64,000 nucleotides of DNA, taken from NCBI GenBank assembly GCA_964016885.1, contig OZ024747.1:30504001-30568000 (forward strand), read 5' to 3'. The notes under the pieces were generated by a model, which was not told the origin of the DNA, did not search any database, and saw nothing but the letters and a program-made list of their open reading frames with translations. Both the position numbers and the translations under genes were made by a program. This document shows positions 50,369 to 63,950 of the stretch, one piece after another. Source of the DNA: Eledone cirrhosa (lineage: Eukaryota). Every line of letters begins with the position of its first letter. Positions within the stretch are counted from its first letter, which is position 1.

Positions 50369-50690
50369 CAGTGTGGCACAGATAAATCTGGAATTTTTAC
50401 ATGGCAACAGTGCCATGATGTCACAGCATGGATTTCGCGAGTTGTTGCTAAGGCCTGCTTCAGCTTCCAGTCCTGCCTGGAGAAAGTGGTCGCTGTCAAT
50501 GGTGGTCACATCAAGTGATTTTTGTACCTTATATATATGCCTAACTGTGTTTCAGAAGATCCCATTAAGGGTGAAAGCAGTGATTCTTTGCCTAACTGTG
50601 TATAAAGTTTCATTGAAATATATTAATATGATATATAAAAACAGTTTTTATTATCCATTATTTTTTTCTGGATTTATCTGTGCCACATTG
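50369..50690. mobile_element. Tc1/mariner-type MITE
   Basis: TA|CAGTGTGGCACAGATAAATC ... GATTTATCTGTGCCACATTG|TA. Confidence 0.8.
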
Positions 50691-50702
50691 TATATTTATA
50701 TA

Positions 50703-50895
50703 CTCAGCTGTAGAAATGAGATGATAGGGACTGCAAAGTGGTCGTGGAGGTGCCACGGCAAAAAAGCACCCAGCACTCACTGTAAATGAGGTTGGTGTTA
50801 GGAAGGGCATCCAGCTGTAGAAATCAAGCCAGAATCAGTTCCCGTCCCACCCTTGCAAGCAGGGAAAAAGCGGACGTAAAAATGAAATGATGATA
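50703..50895 (+). mobile_element. SINE family B, 5'-truncated
   Basis: Matches 36812-37030. Confidence 0.8.
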
Positions 50896-52119
50896 TATAT
50901 ATATATCAGGATTAAACCAGTATTAAGCTAGTAAGACCATTATTTAAAAAAAGTACTCAATACTTTGGATAGTAGAGTGTGACAATATTAGAAAGAGTCG
51001 GGGCCAAATGGCTGAGCTCTTGCCATTTTCACTGCTAATTCCAGACTGTTGACAAAACTATTAGCAGTTGTCTAGCCATATTTTCAGGAGCATGGCTTAG
51101 GTGATTGATGTGTCGATAAAATGATAAGGTGTCCATATAAGGGTAAAAGTTCTCATAGATTCTTAAAGAAATGTTTTAGAATAAATTAACTTTTTAAATA
51201 TTTTTCAGGAGTGGTTGTGTGTGTGTGACTGTGCAAGTGTGTGTCTGTATGTTTCATTACTTATGTGGGGATGGGTGTAAACTGTGGTATTTTAGTGGTG
51301 AGGAAAAAATATGACTGAGTTGAAGAATTGTCATGGGAAATGGAATGTAATATGCTTATTAAGTGCCACATATACACATATGCACCCACAAAATAGTCGA
51401 TGGAAGCCTTGAAGTGGGGAGACCCAGGACGACTTGGATTGAGGTGATAAAAGCTGACCTTCCTCAATTGCACCTCTCAAAAATGAATTGATAGTTGTTT
51501 GTGTTTGTTTTTTCTTTTTCCCTCGCTTTGATCATATATATTTGTGCATTATATTTGTGAGCTTCCTAGCAATAAGTAATTGTATTTATTATTTGTGTTT
51601 ATATTTTCATTCTGTAAAAAATATAAACAATTTGTAATATTATTCATACAACTGTGAATAATAGAATAGAACTGAATATTGTAAAATAAAAATTCTAAAC
51701 CTTTTCAAAATTATTTGAAAATTACAGCCAATGGTTTTCATCAGAAATATGGTATAACTATGGTAACAATAGGGTTAAAAGAGACCAACCTTGTGTTGCC
51801 AATCTCAGATTACAGATTACAATTTGATGTAAGAAGGTTGTTACAGGAGAGTTGTTTTGAAAGTTTTCTGAAATTGCTGACAGAATTTAAAACTATAGCT
51901 GTTTCGTTAATTCAAAATTTGATTATGTTTTGGAACTATTCCAACCTGATGCTAGTTTTCTAATTTGCTATTTTTGTGTTCATCACTACAACAAAAGCAG
52001 AAAAGGCCTCCAGCCATTTCAAAACATTTCACTCAAGTGTTCATAAAATGATTTTCTTTTTAACCTGTATATAATCTTTTTTATTATCTATTAAACCTCA
52101 TATGTGTTTATATATAATC

Positions 52120-52745
52120 ATCATCATCACCGTTTTACATCCGTCCTTCCACGTTAGTATGGGATAGACAGGTTGTCCTGTTGTGGGCAGTGTCCAGTTG
52201 GCTGACCTTCTCTTGCTCATACGGGAACTGATTCTGGCTTGATTTCTACAGCTGGATGCCCTTTCTAACACCAACCTTATTTACAGTGAGTGTTGGGTGC
52301 TTTTTATCCATGGCGCCTACACATCCACTTTACAGTGTGGGCTGGGTGCTTTTTTGCCGTGGCACCTCCACGCCCACTTTGCAGTGGGAGGAGGTGGGGG
52401 CATATTTTCTATATGCTTCAGCTTCAGCTTGTACCTCCCACGGGAAGTCAGGTCTTCTGTATTTCTGTGTGACTCCAGAGGTCATGGTCGAGTGTCATTG
52501 CCTTTGAGATGTGCAATTGGGTAAGGTCAACTTTTATCAACTTATCCCAGGTCTTCTTGGGTCTCCCCACGCTGCAGCTTCCATCGACTTCTAGTGCTCT
52601 GTACCCTTTTTAAGCAGCTGTTATCCTTCATACGCATGACATGTCCATACCAAAACAACCTCCTCTCCTGCACACAGCATTTGATTCCTCTTATGTTCAG
52701 TCTCTCTTTCAATTCGTTAATGCTTTGCCGTTCACGTGTATTACT
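52120..52745 (-). mobile_element. RTE 3' end with tail
   Basis: ERQSINELKERL.IRGI.CC.QERRLFWYGHVMRM, then the RTE/SINE-B tail and (CAT)n. Confidence 0.75.
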
Positions 52746-52750
52746 ATTAC

Positions 52751-52792
<42 letters not shown>

Positions 52793-52939
52793 GGCATGCT
52801 TGCTGGGAACAGCAAGAACCCTCCGATACGTCCTGAATATCTGAGGCTGCAGGTAGTGGCTTGATATTCATTTCAAGAAACTTTCGAGTTAACTAACATC
52901 AATGACTGAGACTCAAAGAACAATAATAATAATAATAAT

Positions 52940-55900
52940 GATTTCTTTATTAACCACAAGGGTTTACATAAAGTAGACATTAAGGACAGTGCAGGACAAT
53001 ACAGGACGGTACAAATGGGCATTTCTGCATGTAAAAAACAAAAACAGAGGAGGTAACAAAAAATAACAATGAAAAATTCCCCAATAGGGGAGACTTCGGA
53101 GGGACATTTGTGGAGAAAGCCCAGTAAAAGACCACAATGACCCTGACCACCAAGGCAAGTGCCCTCTCCCAGTTTTCCACCTTTAATTTACAGATATATA
53201 CTCAGAGTAGGCCCATTCACTCGGGCCATTCTTGCTTCTCTCACCCATCTTTCAACAAAATGCTGGGAAGAGAGCACTTCCCTCTTGTTCGGATCCTTTC
53301 TCAGCAGTGCCACCGCTCCTCGGCTCACAGAACTGGGAATTCTCCTGTTCTGTTGCCAGTTGCAGTAGACGTCCGCCAAGAGGCCTCCAAACAAGTCTGG
53401 CATCTGTACGTAAAGTTCATAGGGCAGACCATCCAAACCAGGCGATTTACCCCTTGTGCAGCCAGTCATTGCCTCCCTTACTTCAGCGGCTGTTATTGGC
53501 TTTTCGCAACACCTCGCCTCAATGGCCGAGAGCCGCGGCAGTCCGTCGAGGTAGACACTAAAGTCCATCCCTCGACCCGGCTCACCGCTGCCCCCGAACA
53601 GCTGAGCGAAGTGTCGCTGAGAAGCTTCACACATTTGCCCCTCAGCAGGTTGGTGAGGCTCTTGCACCCTCCACCCCTATCCGCTAATCCCACACAGTCC
53701 CAGCGTGCATCTAAGATCCCGTTCCAGTCGCCCACTAACACTAAAGAGCGGGACGTTCCAAGAAAGGTCTCCAGACGCCGGAAGAAATCAGGCCGCCCTG
53801 CTCCTGTCGGGGCATAGACGGCCACTAGCCTGAAAGCTTGCCCGTCTCCGCTGGTCATGTCCAGCACCATCAGCTTACCCTCTGGGTCCAGGAAGATGGC
53901 CCGTATGGCGAGATCCAAACCTCTCCGAAAAAGCACAGCAACTCCTCCCCCCGATCCAGGACAGCTGGGAGATGCGTACACATCGTAGCCGCCGAAGATC
54001 GGTGCGAAGGCCCGTGCTTCGGAGATTCTGGTCTCGCTGATGGCCACTACATCTATGTTTAGTGACCTGAGGTCGTTGAGCAGGTGACCCTGCTTCCATG
54101 ACGACCCCAAGCCACGCGCATTTATGCTGCCTATTCTGAGTGAGGTCATGTTTAAAATAGAGTGGAAAAGATGGGAAAGACCACTTACCATACTTTTCGT
54201 AGAGGAGGGATGGTTTTTACATCCCTTTTCACTTGATCGTCTGGGGAAGGGACCGTTGAATCGTCCCTTCGGCTGGTCGTCGGCTCTTCTATGAGTATGT
54301 CCGAATATACTCTTCGATTGATAGTTCCTCCTAGGTCCCTGAAATCACCAACTGCGTTGGGGAATTTCGTTTTAATGTTTGTGTATTGTTTCTGTGCTAT
54401 TTTTAGCAGTCTTATGTTAGTTGGCGTTTTGATTGGTGCTGGTATTATGTAGTCGTGTTGTGAAATGTCTGTGTGTTCAATTATGTAAGTCATTAGTTTC
54501 TTGTTGTGTGTATTTATTGCCATGCATTTGTTTTTCTGGGGGTGGGGTGTGGTTCTGCTATTTTCTTGTCGTTGTTGCTGGGTCTGTGTGTTTTGTTGTT
54601 GTGTTTGGGATGTTGGTGCTTGTGGTGGTGGTGTTGAAGGTGTTGTTGGCGGTGGGGTTTTCGCCGGTGGTGATGGTGGTGCTAGTGTGGGTGGTGATGG
54701 TGTTGGTGGTGTTGCTGCTGTGAGTCTCTTTGCAGTAGACTTTACCCTTTTCTCATTTCTTTCCTCCCTTTTCAAAGGCGACGATGCGTTGCTTCTTCGT
54801 TTGTGCCTTCTTATGACCTTTTGCAATCCCTCTCCCACCTCACACTCCATGTCTGATTCTGTGAGGTCGGGGAGGGGTACCAGCTCCACTCTTTCACTTG
54901 TTGTTGTTGGTGATGTTTGCACTGGAGTCTCTGTTGCAGCTCCATTTGGTATTGCTGTTGTTGTTGTTAATATTTCCACTGCTGCTGCTGTTTTTGATTT
55001 CCGTGGCATGGGTATGGGTGCCACGGACCTATCGTTCCTGGTTGCCGCTTGTCCTGTTGCTGGTAGCCGTGGAGCCGGTTTCGGAAGGAGGGGGGTTTTC
55101 TCCTTTCTCAGGGTCTTCTCATTGCAGAAGGCCCTGAGGTGAGTCTTCGATCCACAGCGAAAGCATTTCGGGCGTTTGCCCTCAACACTTATGGGCAGTT
55201 GAGTGCCGTTATCGAAGTCTATCACATCCGGCATAGCTTCGATGCACTCCTGGTTGGTTTGGATTAACATCTCAATGGAGGTGCCGACCCAATCTTCTCT
55301 AATTTTTTCTGTACTTGCAGTACAGTTGTTTTGTCCTCGATTCCGACGAGGACAGACGCGGCCAGCCAAGAAGGGGCCATCCCGGGGGTGACGTGGGTCA
55401 GTTTGACCCTCACAATTTTTTGCCCGCAGTAGGAGGGCACCAACACCATTTCCTCGCTCCTTAGGGTCACTACGGATTGAGCCTTTGCCTCCTGGGGTGT
55501 GGAAAAAAGTACGTCTACGGTGGCATATTTTTTGCCTCGGGTGATGTGCGTTTTCCGCTGCCACAGAAACCCCAAGGCATTTTGTATTTGAGCCTCTGTG
55601 GCTCTTTCAACCCTACAGGATTTTGTACTTACTGTACGGTACGTGACCGTACAGTGCTATTGGGTTTCGAAAAATTTTTCCGCTGCCTTGCAGATTGCTC
55701 GGTGTCCATTCTTTGTCACCATCTTCTTTGCTTCCTCTAATTCCTCATTTGTTATGAGGATTGTTTCCAGGTTCTTCGCGATACCTGCAAACAAGATTGG
55801 TTTTTCTTTGCTGCTGTTGTTGTTGTTGTCGTCAGAGCTGCTGTTACTTTTGTTGTTGATGCAGGTACTACGACTACTGCCTCCGCTGCTGTTGCTGTGG

Positions 55901-56498
55901 TTGTTGTTGGTGTTGCTGCTGCTAATGCTGTTGTTGTTTATGCTGCTGGTGATGCTGTTGCGGCTGCTACTGTTGTTTTCATTGTCACTGTTGCTGTTGT
56001 TATTACGGCTGCTACTGCTATTATTCCTGACGTCAGACGAATGAAATGGGTTTTCGTATTTCCCGCACACCTGTTTCGTCGTTGTCGTCGTCGTGGAGAA
56101 ATCTTGCACGCTTTGCACGAGACTTTTCTTTTCTGTCGTCGCTTGCGAAAGAAAAGGGAGGGAGAGAGACACATTTAAAGAAGGGAGGGAGAGAGACAAT
56201 CTTCTCTCTGCTGTAGTGATGATTGAGGAAGAAGAAGACGGAATGAGTGGGAGTGACCTATGAAAATTCTTTTTCGTAGCCATGTTGTCTTTTTTGTTTA
56301 AAATAAATATTGGGCACAAAACCCCAATAAGCAGTTATTTAACCCCGAAGGGCCAAATAGCGGGCAGAAAGACCCCTCTCACGAGGAGGAGGGTGTTTTT
56401 GTCTACAAGTTCGTTAAAGTTTTAAACAATTTACAATTGTTATAGCGTTCAGAATTTACAATACCTTACAGAGCCAAGCCTCCGTCAACCATAGCATT
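52940..56498 (-). mobile_element. Tx1/L1-clade LINE copy 1: ORF1 (CCHC) + APE endonuclease, RT internally deleted
   Basis: ORF1 pieces 55657-56319 and 54185-55564 with CFRCGSKTHLRAFC. APE: SINARGL..SETR..VYAP..GDWN. KSPGLDGLP is fused to the C-terminus. AATAAA near the 3' end, (TAA)n on both flanks. Confidence 0.92.
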
Positions 56499-56519
56499 CA
56501 ATAATAATAATAATAATAA

Positions 56520-57012
56520 GTGATATGAGCATAAGCCAGAGTGGGTGATATAAAACGATCAGGTGAAGGTGCTATGGGATTTTAGGATACAGACGGACAA
56601 GAAACTGGAACACAATAGACCTGACCTGGTGGTTTTGGACAAGGAAAAAAGATCATGCCTGATTGTAGATGTAGCCTGCCCATTTGACACAAGAGTGCAA
56701 GAAAAGGAGAGGGAGAAAATTAACCGATACCAGGATTTAAAGTGGGAGTTAAAAAGGATTTGGAACTGCCATGAAATCGAGGTCGTCCCGATTGTCATAG
56801 GCACACTAGGTACTATCTCAAGGAGTTTCCAAGGATGGTTACAGAAGATTAGTCCAGCCCCGTTTTTTGGAACACTTCAAAAAGCATGCTTGTTGGGAAC
56901 AGCAAGAACCCTCTGATACATCCTGAATATCTGAGGCTGCAGGTAGCGGCTTGATATTCATTTCAACAAACCTTCCAGTTAAATAACATCAATGACAATA
57001 ACTCAAAGAACA
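56520..57012 (+). mobile_element. R4/Dong-type non-LTR 3' fragment (restriction-like endonuclease); shorter 3' copy at 52790-52925
   Basis: VLWDFRIQTD..HNRPDLVV..IVDVACP..KE.EK..RYQDL..PIVIGTLG..LQKACLLGTAR, with (TAA)n on both sides. Confidence 0.88.
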
Positions 57013-57049
57013 ATAAAAATAATAATAATTATTATTATTATTATTATTT

Positions 57050-57462
57050 ACCTCTTCGGTGATGCCCTGATTAACTTTTTCAAATTTCATTTAAAAAGGA
57101 AAATCAGGGTAGAAAGGGAAGTGCTCTCTTCCCAGCATTTTGTTGAAAGATGGGTGAGAGAGGCAAGAATGGCCTGAGTGAATGGGCCTACTCTGAGTAT
57201 GTGTCTGTAAATTAAAGGTGGAAAACTGGGAGAGGGCACTTGCCCTGGTGGTGAGGGTCACTGTGGCTTTTTAATGGGCTTTCTCCACGAATGTCCCTCG
57301 GAAGTCTCCCCCCTATTGGGGAATTTTTTCATTGTTCTATTATTACATCTTCTGTTTCTTGTTTTTTACATGCAGAAATGCCCATTTGTACCGCCCTGTA
57401 GTGTCCTGTACTGTCCTTAATGTCTACTTTATGTAAACCCTTGTGGTTAAGAAAGAAAGCAT
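57050..57462 (+). mobile_element. Tx1 3'-end fragment, inverted relative to copy 1
   Basis: LINFFKFHLKRKIRVEREVLSSQHFVERW plus a 3' UTR that is the reverse complement of 52940-53285. Confidence 0.88.
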
Positions 57463-57482
57463 TATTATTATTACTATTATTA

Positions 57483-57922
57483 GGGGCGGTGGATTTGCAG
57501 TATCGGTAGAGGGCTGGACGCCATGCTTTGCCGCAAAGAGTTACAGCCCTTTACGATCTGAGTTCAAATCCCGCCGAGGTTAACTTTGTCTTTCATCCTT
57601 ATGGGTCGATAAAATAAAGTACCAGTAATACACTGGGATAATTGCTGGCCTTGTGCCAAAAGTAGAAACAATTATTATTATTATTATTAATATTATTATT
57701 ATTGCATTTATCTTGCTGAGACTCAAAGAATAATAATAATTGTTTCTACTATTGGCACAAGGCCAGAAAATTACCCAGTACATTACTGGTACTTTATTTT
57801 ATCGACCCCGTAAGGATGAAAGGCAGAGTTAACCTCGGCGGGATTTGAACTCAGAATGGCAAGGGCCGTAACTCTATGCGTCAAAGCATGGCGTCCGAAC
57901 CTCTACGGATACTGCCAATCCA
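57483..57922. mobile_element. Tail-to-tail pair of SINE family A copies (+ 57483-57675, - 57738-57922)
   Basis: Two near-complete copies in inverted orientation ~60 bp apart. Confidence 0.85.
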
Positions 57923-57924
57923 CA

Positions 57925-60900
57925 ATGATTTCTTTATTGGCCACAAGGGCTGGCATCAAGAAAAAGATTTCAGACGGCACAGGACGGTACGATGTGGGTT
58001 TTGTGCATGTAAATATTTTTATTATTTATATAAGAAAAGAAAAAAGGACATAGAAACATATATATAAACAATACAAATGAAAATTGAAACAAAGAAAAAT
58101 TCCCCAATAGGGGGGAAACCTCCGAGGGTTACTCGTGGCCAAAACCACACAAAAGTCCACGGCCACCCTGACCACCAGGTCAAGCGCCCTCTCTCAATTT
58201 TTCCATCTCTCAAACTACAGATGTATATTCAGAGTGGTCCCGTTCACTCGGACCATTCTCGCTACATTCACCCACCTTTCAACAAACTTGCTAGAAGGCA
58301 GCACTTGCCTCTCCACCCTGATTTTCCTCTTCAAGTGAAACTTGAAAAAGTTAATTAGGGATTCGCAGAAGAGGAAAGTGTCTGTCTTTAACCCTTTTAA
58401 CCTTGTCCACCACACAATCTCTTTCGCCATGGCCACCAGGCAGATGAAAACTGCCTGCCTTTCCTCCTCGAAGGAAGACGGCGAAACCATCTGCACAATG
58501 GACTCAGTCGTACACGCGACAGCAACTGTTCGACATAGCTCCACAAGTCAGCAATGCTCGGGCACTGAACGAGTGCGTGCACGACTGTTTTGTCGCTCTG
58601 CGCGCATCTCGGACAGGCTCGGCTGACGGCACTTCCGTGCCTGTAGGCTTATTTCGAACCAGCCTCGCTCCCAGGCCAGGGATTTTTGAAACTTCTCCGG
58701 AAGAGAGCAACAGCTGATCTTCTTTGACGCCCAGGATCTCTCCGAGAATGTCGTCGCTCTTCCCCTCCACTAGTCCTCTATAGAACGCCGAGGTGGATGT
58801 TCCACTGATACTGGTGCCCTGCTGGCAGAGGGCAGTGAGCGCCTGGAGACATTCCAGTTTCCAAGCGCTATCCTTCGGTCTTTTTCTGACCCAGGAGTGC
58901 AGCTCCGTCAAGGAGACAAGCTGTGGGAAAACGTGCCTGGCGAACGGCAACCACACCTGTTCACCATCAAGGAAGCACCAGAGATGTGACAGCCTCAGCG
59001 CATGTTTGCGCATCATCAGCCATGGCATTCCCAGTCCTCCATGCAACGGGTGTTGACAGCAAATGGATCATCTGACCATGGGAGCGCGTCCCTTCCACAA
59101 AAAGCGGAAGAGGAGGCGCACCATTTTGGTGAGAGTTAGGCTGGAGCAAGGGACGACGGTGAGGCGGTAGCAGATGACGGATGCGATATACGCATTCGCC
59201 ACCTCCGCCCGGCCTTTCAGGGACAGCTTCCTCTCGGCCCATTTCTGGGTGAGGGAGGCCACCCTGCTCGTCACCTCGTTCCAGTTTTTCTCCATCTGGA
59301 GGTCCAGTCCGAACCAGACCCCGAGCAATTTAACCAGTCCGTCCGTCCAATGCCCCACGACGCTGTCGGACGGCATGGACTTGCCTCTCCAGGTGCCGAG
59401 CTGCAAGCCCACTGACTTTTCCTGGTTTATCTTTGCTCCTGTCACCGCTTCGTATTCCTTGAGAGCGGTGCCGAGCATCTGGACGTGTCTGGTGCTCGAC
59501 ACCACCACGGTGACGTCGTCAGCGTAAGCCGACTCGGATTTCCCGCATCCTAGTTTGCGTGGGACGTCCCTCATCGCCACCCGTTTGTGCAGTAATGGCT
59601 CGAGAGCCAATACGTACAAGAGGGATGAGAGGGGACAACCCTGGCGGACTGAGCACATGATGCTGAACGGCTGCGACAGGTGACTGCTCACCCTCACAAC
59701 TGAGCAGATGTTGCTGTACATTGCTGCGATCCAACCCCTGGAAACGGTCCTGAAACCGGCTGCCTTGAGGACTGCCACCAGGTACCGATGGTCGACCCTA
59801 TCGAATGCTTTGGATTGATCCAAGTTGATCAGGGCCCCACCCGTGCCAGGTTCCTTAACCACCCTCTCTATGATGTATCGCATGAAGTGGAGGTTGTCGT
59901 GTATGGATCTGTCCGGAATGGCGCATGTCTGCGCCTCTCCTACCAGACCCTTGACAACAAGCACCAACCTCGTTGCTAACACCTTGGCCAAAATCTTGAA
60001 CTCTGCATTTAGCAGGGTTATGGGCCTGAAATTCTCGATAAAATCCCCCTTGTTCGGGTCTTTTCTCAGCAGTGCCACTGCTCCCCGGCTCACAAAACTG
60101 TTCTGCTGCCAGTTGCAGTAGACGTCTGCCAAGAGGTCACCGAACAAGTCTGGCATAAATGCATAAAGCACGTAGGGCAGACCATCCAAACCTGGCAATT
60201 TACCCCTTGTGCAGTTAGCCCTTGCTTCCCGTATTTCACCGGCTGTTATTGGCTGTTATTGCCGGGAAAGACGCGTTCAGCTTCCAGTAACCAGGCCCTT
60301 GTCTATGAAGTCTGCCTATGTCAATCTTACAGATCACAAATTTGTGGTCTGTGTAGTCGACTATTTTAAATTGTGGCCATCTTATACTAGCCTTATCTAG
60401 TTCTCTGCAGAATACCCTACCAAGATATGATCTGGATGACCCGATGCATTTTGTCCATGTGCACATTGGCACATTCTGGTGATCCAGTCATTACCTGCCA
60501 GACAGTTCAAAACGTCTGAGCAGGTTGGTGAGGCTCTTGCACCCTCCTTCCCTAACCACTAGCCCCACACAATCCCAGCGTGCATCCAAGATACCGTTCC
60601 AGTCGCCCACTAACACTAAAGAGCGGGACGTTCCAAGAAAGGTCTCTAGACGTCTGAAGAAATCTAGCCATCCTGCCCCTGTTGGGGCGTTGACGGCTAC
60701 TAGCCTGAAAGCATTGCCTTCACTGCCGGTCATGTCCAGCACCACCGACTTACCTTCTGAGTCTAAGAAGATGGCCTGTATCGCGAGATCCAAGCCTCTC
60801 CTAAAAAGGATGGCAACCCCTCCCCCCGATCCTGGATGGCTGGGAGATGCGTATACATCGTAGCCACCGAAGATCGGTGCGAAGGCTTGTGCTCCGGAGA

Positions 60901-62004
60901 TTCTGGTTTCACTGATGGCCACCACGTCTATGTTTAGTGACCTGAGGTCATTGAGCAGGTGACCCTGCTTCCAAGATGACCCCAGGCCACGTGCATTTAT
61001 ACTGCCTATTCTGAGTACGGCCATGTTGGATGAGAAACGGGGCAAGTGAGAAAGGGTCACTTACCTTGATCGTGTGGTGAAGGGACAGTAGAACTGTCCC
61101 TTTCGCTGGTCATGGGTGTTTCCAAGAGGATGTCAGTGTATATCCTCTTGGTAACCGACCTTCTGAAGTCTTCAACTGCGTTGGGGTATTTTTGTTTTAA
61201 AGGTTTGTACTGTTCTATTGAGATTTCGATGATGCTTATGTTTGTCGGGAGAGTTCTTGGTGTTGGTGGGGTGTAGTAGTTTTTTTCTGTGATGTCTGTG
61301 CGCTGCTTTATATATTGTATGAGTTCTTTTTTTGCCATGTTTATGGCTGTGTACTTTTTGGGGGGAGGGGTGATTTTGTTGCTGTTTGGTGTGTGTGTCT
61401 TGTTGTGTTTGCGTTGTTGGTGTTTTTGGTGATGCTGGTGGTGGTGTGGTTGTTGTTGTCAGTGGTGATGGTGGTGGTATTGCTGTAAGTTTCCTTGCTG
61501 CCTTTACCCCTCTTTGTATGCCTTCGCTTTTGGAGGGTGAATCTAAGGGGTTTTTTGTTTTTTGTTTTTTGTGGCAGACCGATTGCCACTTCACTCCCGC
61601 CTCAAACTCCATGTCGGATTCTGTGGCGTCTGGGAGGGGTATGTGCTCCACGGCTGTTGGTGGTGGTAGTGGAGCCCTCTTTGGCAATTTGTTGCTGGTG
61701 TAGCTACTTCAAATGTAGCTATTGGTGTTGCCGCCACTGATGATGCTGCTTTAGTTGTCCGTGGCCTTGGTACGGGTGCTACGGATGTTGCCCTCCTTCT
61801 CACCGTGGAAGGGGCTTCTGCACTTTGTTGCCTGCCCTGCTCTTGGTAGCAGCGGACCAGGTATTGGAAGGAGAGGGGCCTTCTTCTTCGCTGTCTTCTG
61901 TGGGCAAAAGGCCCTGAGGTGACCCTTCGACCCACAGAGATAACATTTTGGCCGTCTTCCTTCTACACTTATAGGGAGTTGGAGTCCTTCCTCGATGTCT
62001 ATGA
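57925..62004 (-). mobile_element. Tx1/L1-clade LINE copy 2: partial ORF1, APE, RT, C-terminus; frameshifted
   Basis: APE at 60491-61060. RT at 59068-60198: NFRPITLLN, LDQSKAFDRV, VRQGCPLS, YADD. GGLGMP and HALVQCP follow. Confidence 0.93.
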
Positions 62005-63950
62005 TATCCTGCTCTCACTTTTCGCAATATGATGAACAGTGGTATCTGGGTAAGGACAAACAACAAAGGGAACAAACTATCTCCCTGCAAGATACCTCTC
62101 TTGATCTTCACTCCCCCCCCTCCTCCCAAGGATTCTCCACCTGATGTTAGCTCTGTTTCCCAGGACTTCATACTTTTACTTAATAGCTGTCTGATGTTGT
62201 CTGCCACCTTGAAGATCTCTAGGCTTTTGGTTATCCAAGAATGAGGTACCATGTCGAATGCCTTTTTGTAATCCCATGGCAAGACCAGTATGCCACCTCT
62301 TGCAATTCCTCATTATGATCTTATCAATAAGTAACTGGTCTTTTGTACCATGGGACTTCTTTCAGCATCCTTTCTGTTCATCCGGTAACAAATTGCTTTT
62401 GTGGAGGTGATAGTAAATTTCTTCAGACACAATGCTTGTTAACAGTTTCCACATTAGTGGTAACATCATTACCCTTGATTCGGTCTTTCATTACCAGACC
62501 TGTGGTACCTTTTGTCTACCACTCTGGTACTTCACTCAACACCAAGCAGTCATTAAACATGGTTGTCAGTTTCGGGTGGAGGGACGTTATATTTTTTATC
62601 CAATACCCTTGCACACCATCTAGGCCTGGTGATTTCCAGTTGGTTAGTTTTTTGGCCTGCCCTTTAAGAGTTTCAACTGTGATACTCAAATAAGGTTGTT
62701 GGTGTGCTTGTTCACTAATCTCCTTTTGAACTGTCTCAATCCACACTGCCTAACTATTATGTTCAACATCCTGCTCCCATATTCCTTTGCAGAATGTCTT
62801 AGTGTGATCAGTCGTCGGGATCACGTCGTTGCCTCTTTCTTTCCCTTCAAGCTGTTCAAACAACATCTTCTGGTTGTTGTCAAACATGTGGTTCTGTCTA
62901 TACTGACTAACTCTGTTCTCATGCCGCCTAATCTTTGCACTTTTTGTTACAATGCATTGCTTCAGTTCCTCTATGATAACATTTAGCTCTTTTCCCCTAG
63001 TTTTGTATTTTATTTTCAATCTATCTTTAGTGGCTATGTTTTGTAATGTCCCATTCTGTAAATACTCAAGCTTTCCAATGTCTTTTCTCATTTTAGTTGT
63101 TTCTCCCACCAAGGTTCTGATCTTTCTTGTTTCCTCTCGTTTTTATACCAAGTAATCTTTTTACCACATTTGCGGTTGCTTTGAGGATATTGTTGCATTG
63201 GTGAAGGTTCCTCGCCTCAAGGTATGGGATGACCTTGTTTACCTTAGCTGTTGTTTCTTTTAACTTTTTCCATCTTAGGTCCATAGGCTTTCCACTATCA
63301 TTGTTCATTTCATCTACCACTAAGTTCAGAATATCAACAAAATCTTGCCCTAGCCTGTCAGCATTCATTTCCTCAATGGCCGTATCTTTGTTCCAGATGT
63401 TATCTATGTCAGCATTCAGATCACTGTCTGCATCGGATGCTTCCTCAGGTCTCTCAACTTCTTCACCTTCATTTCCCACTGGCTCGTTTGCCTGGTATAC
63501 TCCACTCTCCATTTCCAACTCAATCTCCCTGCTCAGTTCCAACTTGCTTATCCATCCATTCGTTCTTATTACCCGAGCCTGCCTGGCCAATTTTTGCTCA
63601 CCTAATTTAAATAGACCAATCTCGTTCCAGATGTTATGCATCCGTTTCCTATAGCCTTTTTCAATGGAGTTACTCTTCAGGTAACATTTCATGACAGTTC
63701 TATTCAATTCTTTCGTCCAGTTGGTTCTTGTCCCATTCCTTCTTCTTCCTCCAACACCAGCAGTCTTTGGATGACAGCCAGGTCCCTGCTGCTGAGCCAG
63801 GGAGCACTTGATGGGTGAGAGTCTTTCACATGACGTTCCATTCTCCTTTTCACCGTTATTTGAACTGTTTAGGTTTGACATTTAAACACAAAGATTAGTG
63901 AATTTATGGTTACATCACCACCGGTGTTTTTAGCGTGACACCATCATGTT
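62005..63950 (-). mobile_element. R4/Dong-type non-LTR retrotransposon, 5' part, degenerate
   Basis: WTKELN..VM.CY...GYRKRM..IW..EQ.L..Q.R.I N-terminal domain, [41 protein letters not shown]. Confidence 0.9.

Noticed and set aside
54433-56178. Plus-strand Val/Leu/Gly-rich ORFs
   Set aside because: Antisense shadows of the low-complexity Tx1 ORF1.
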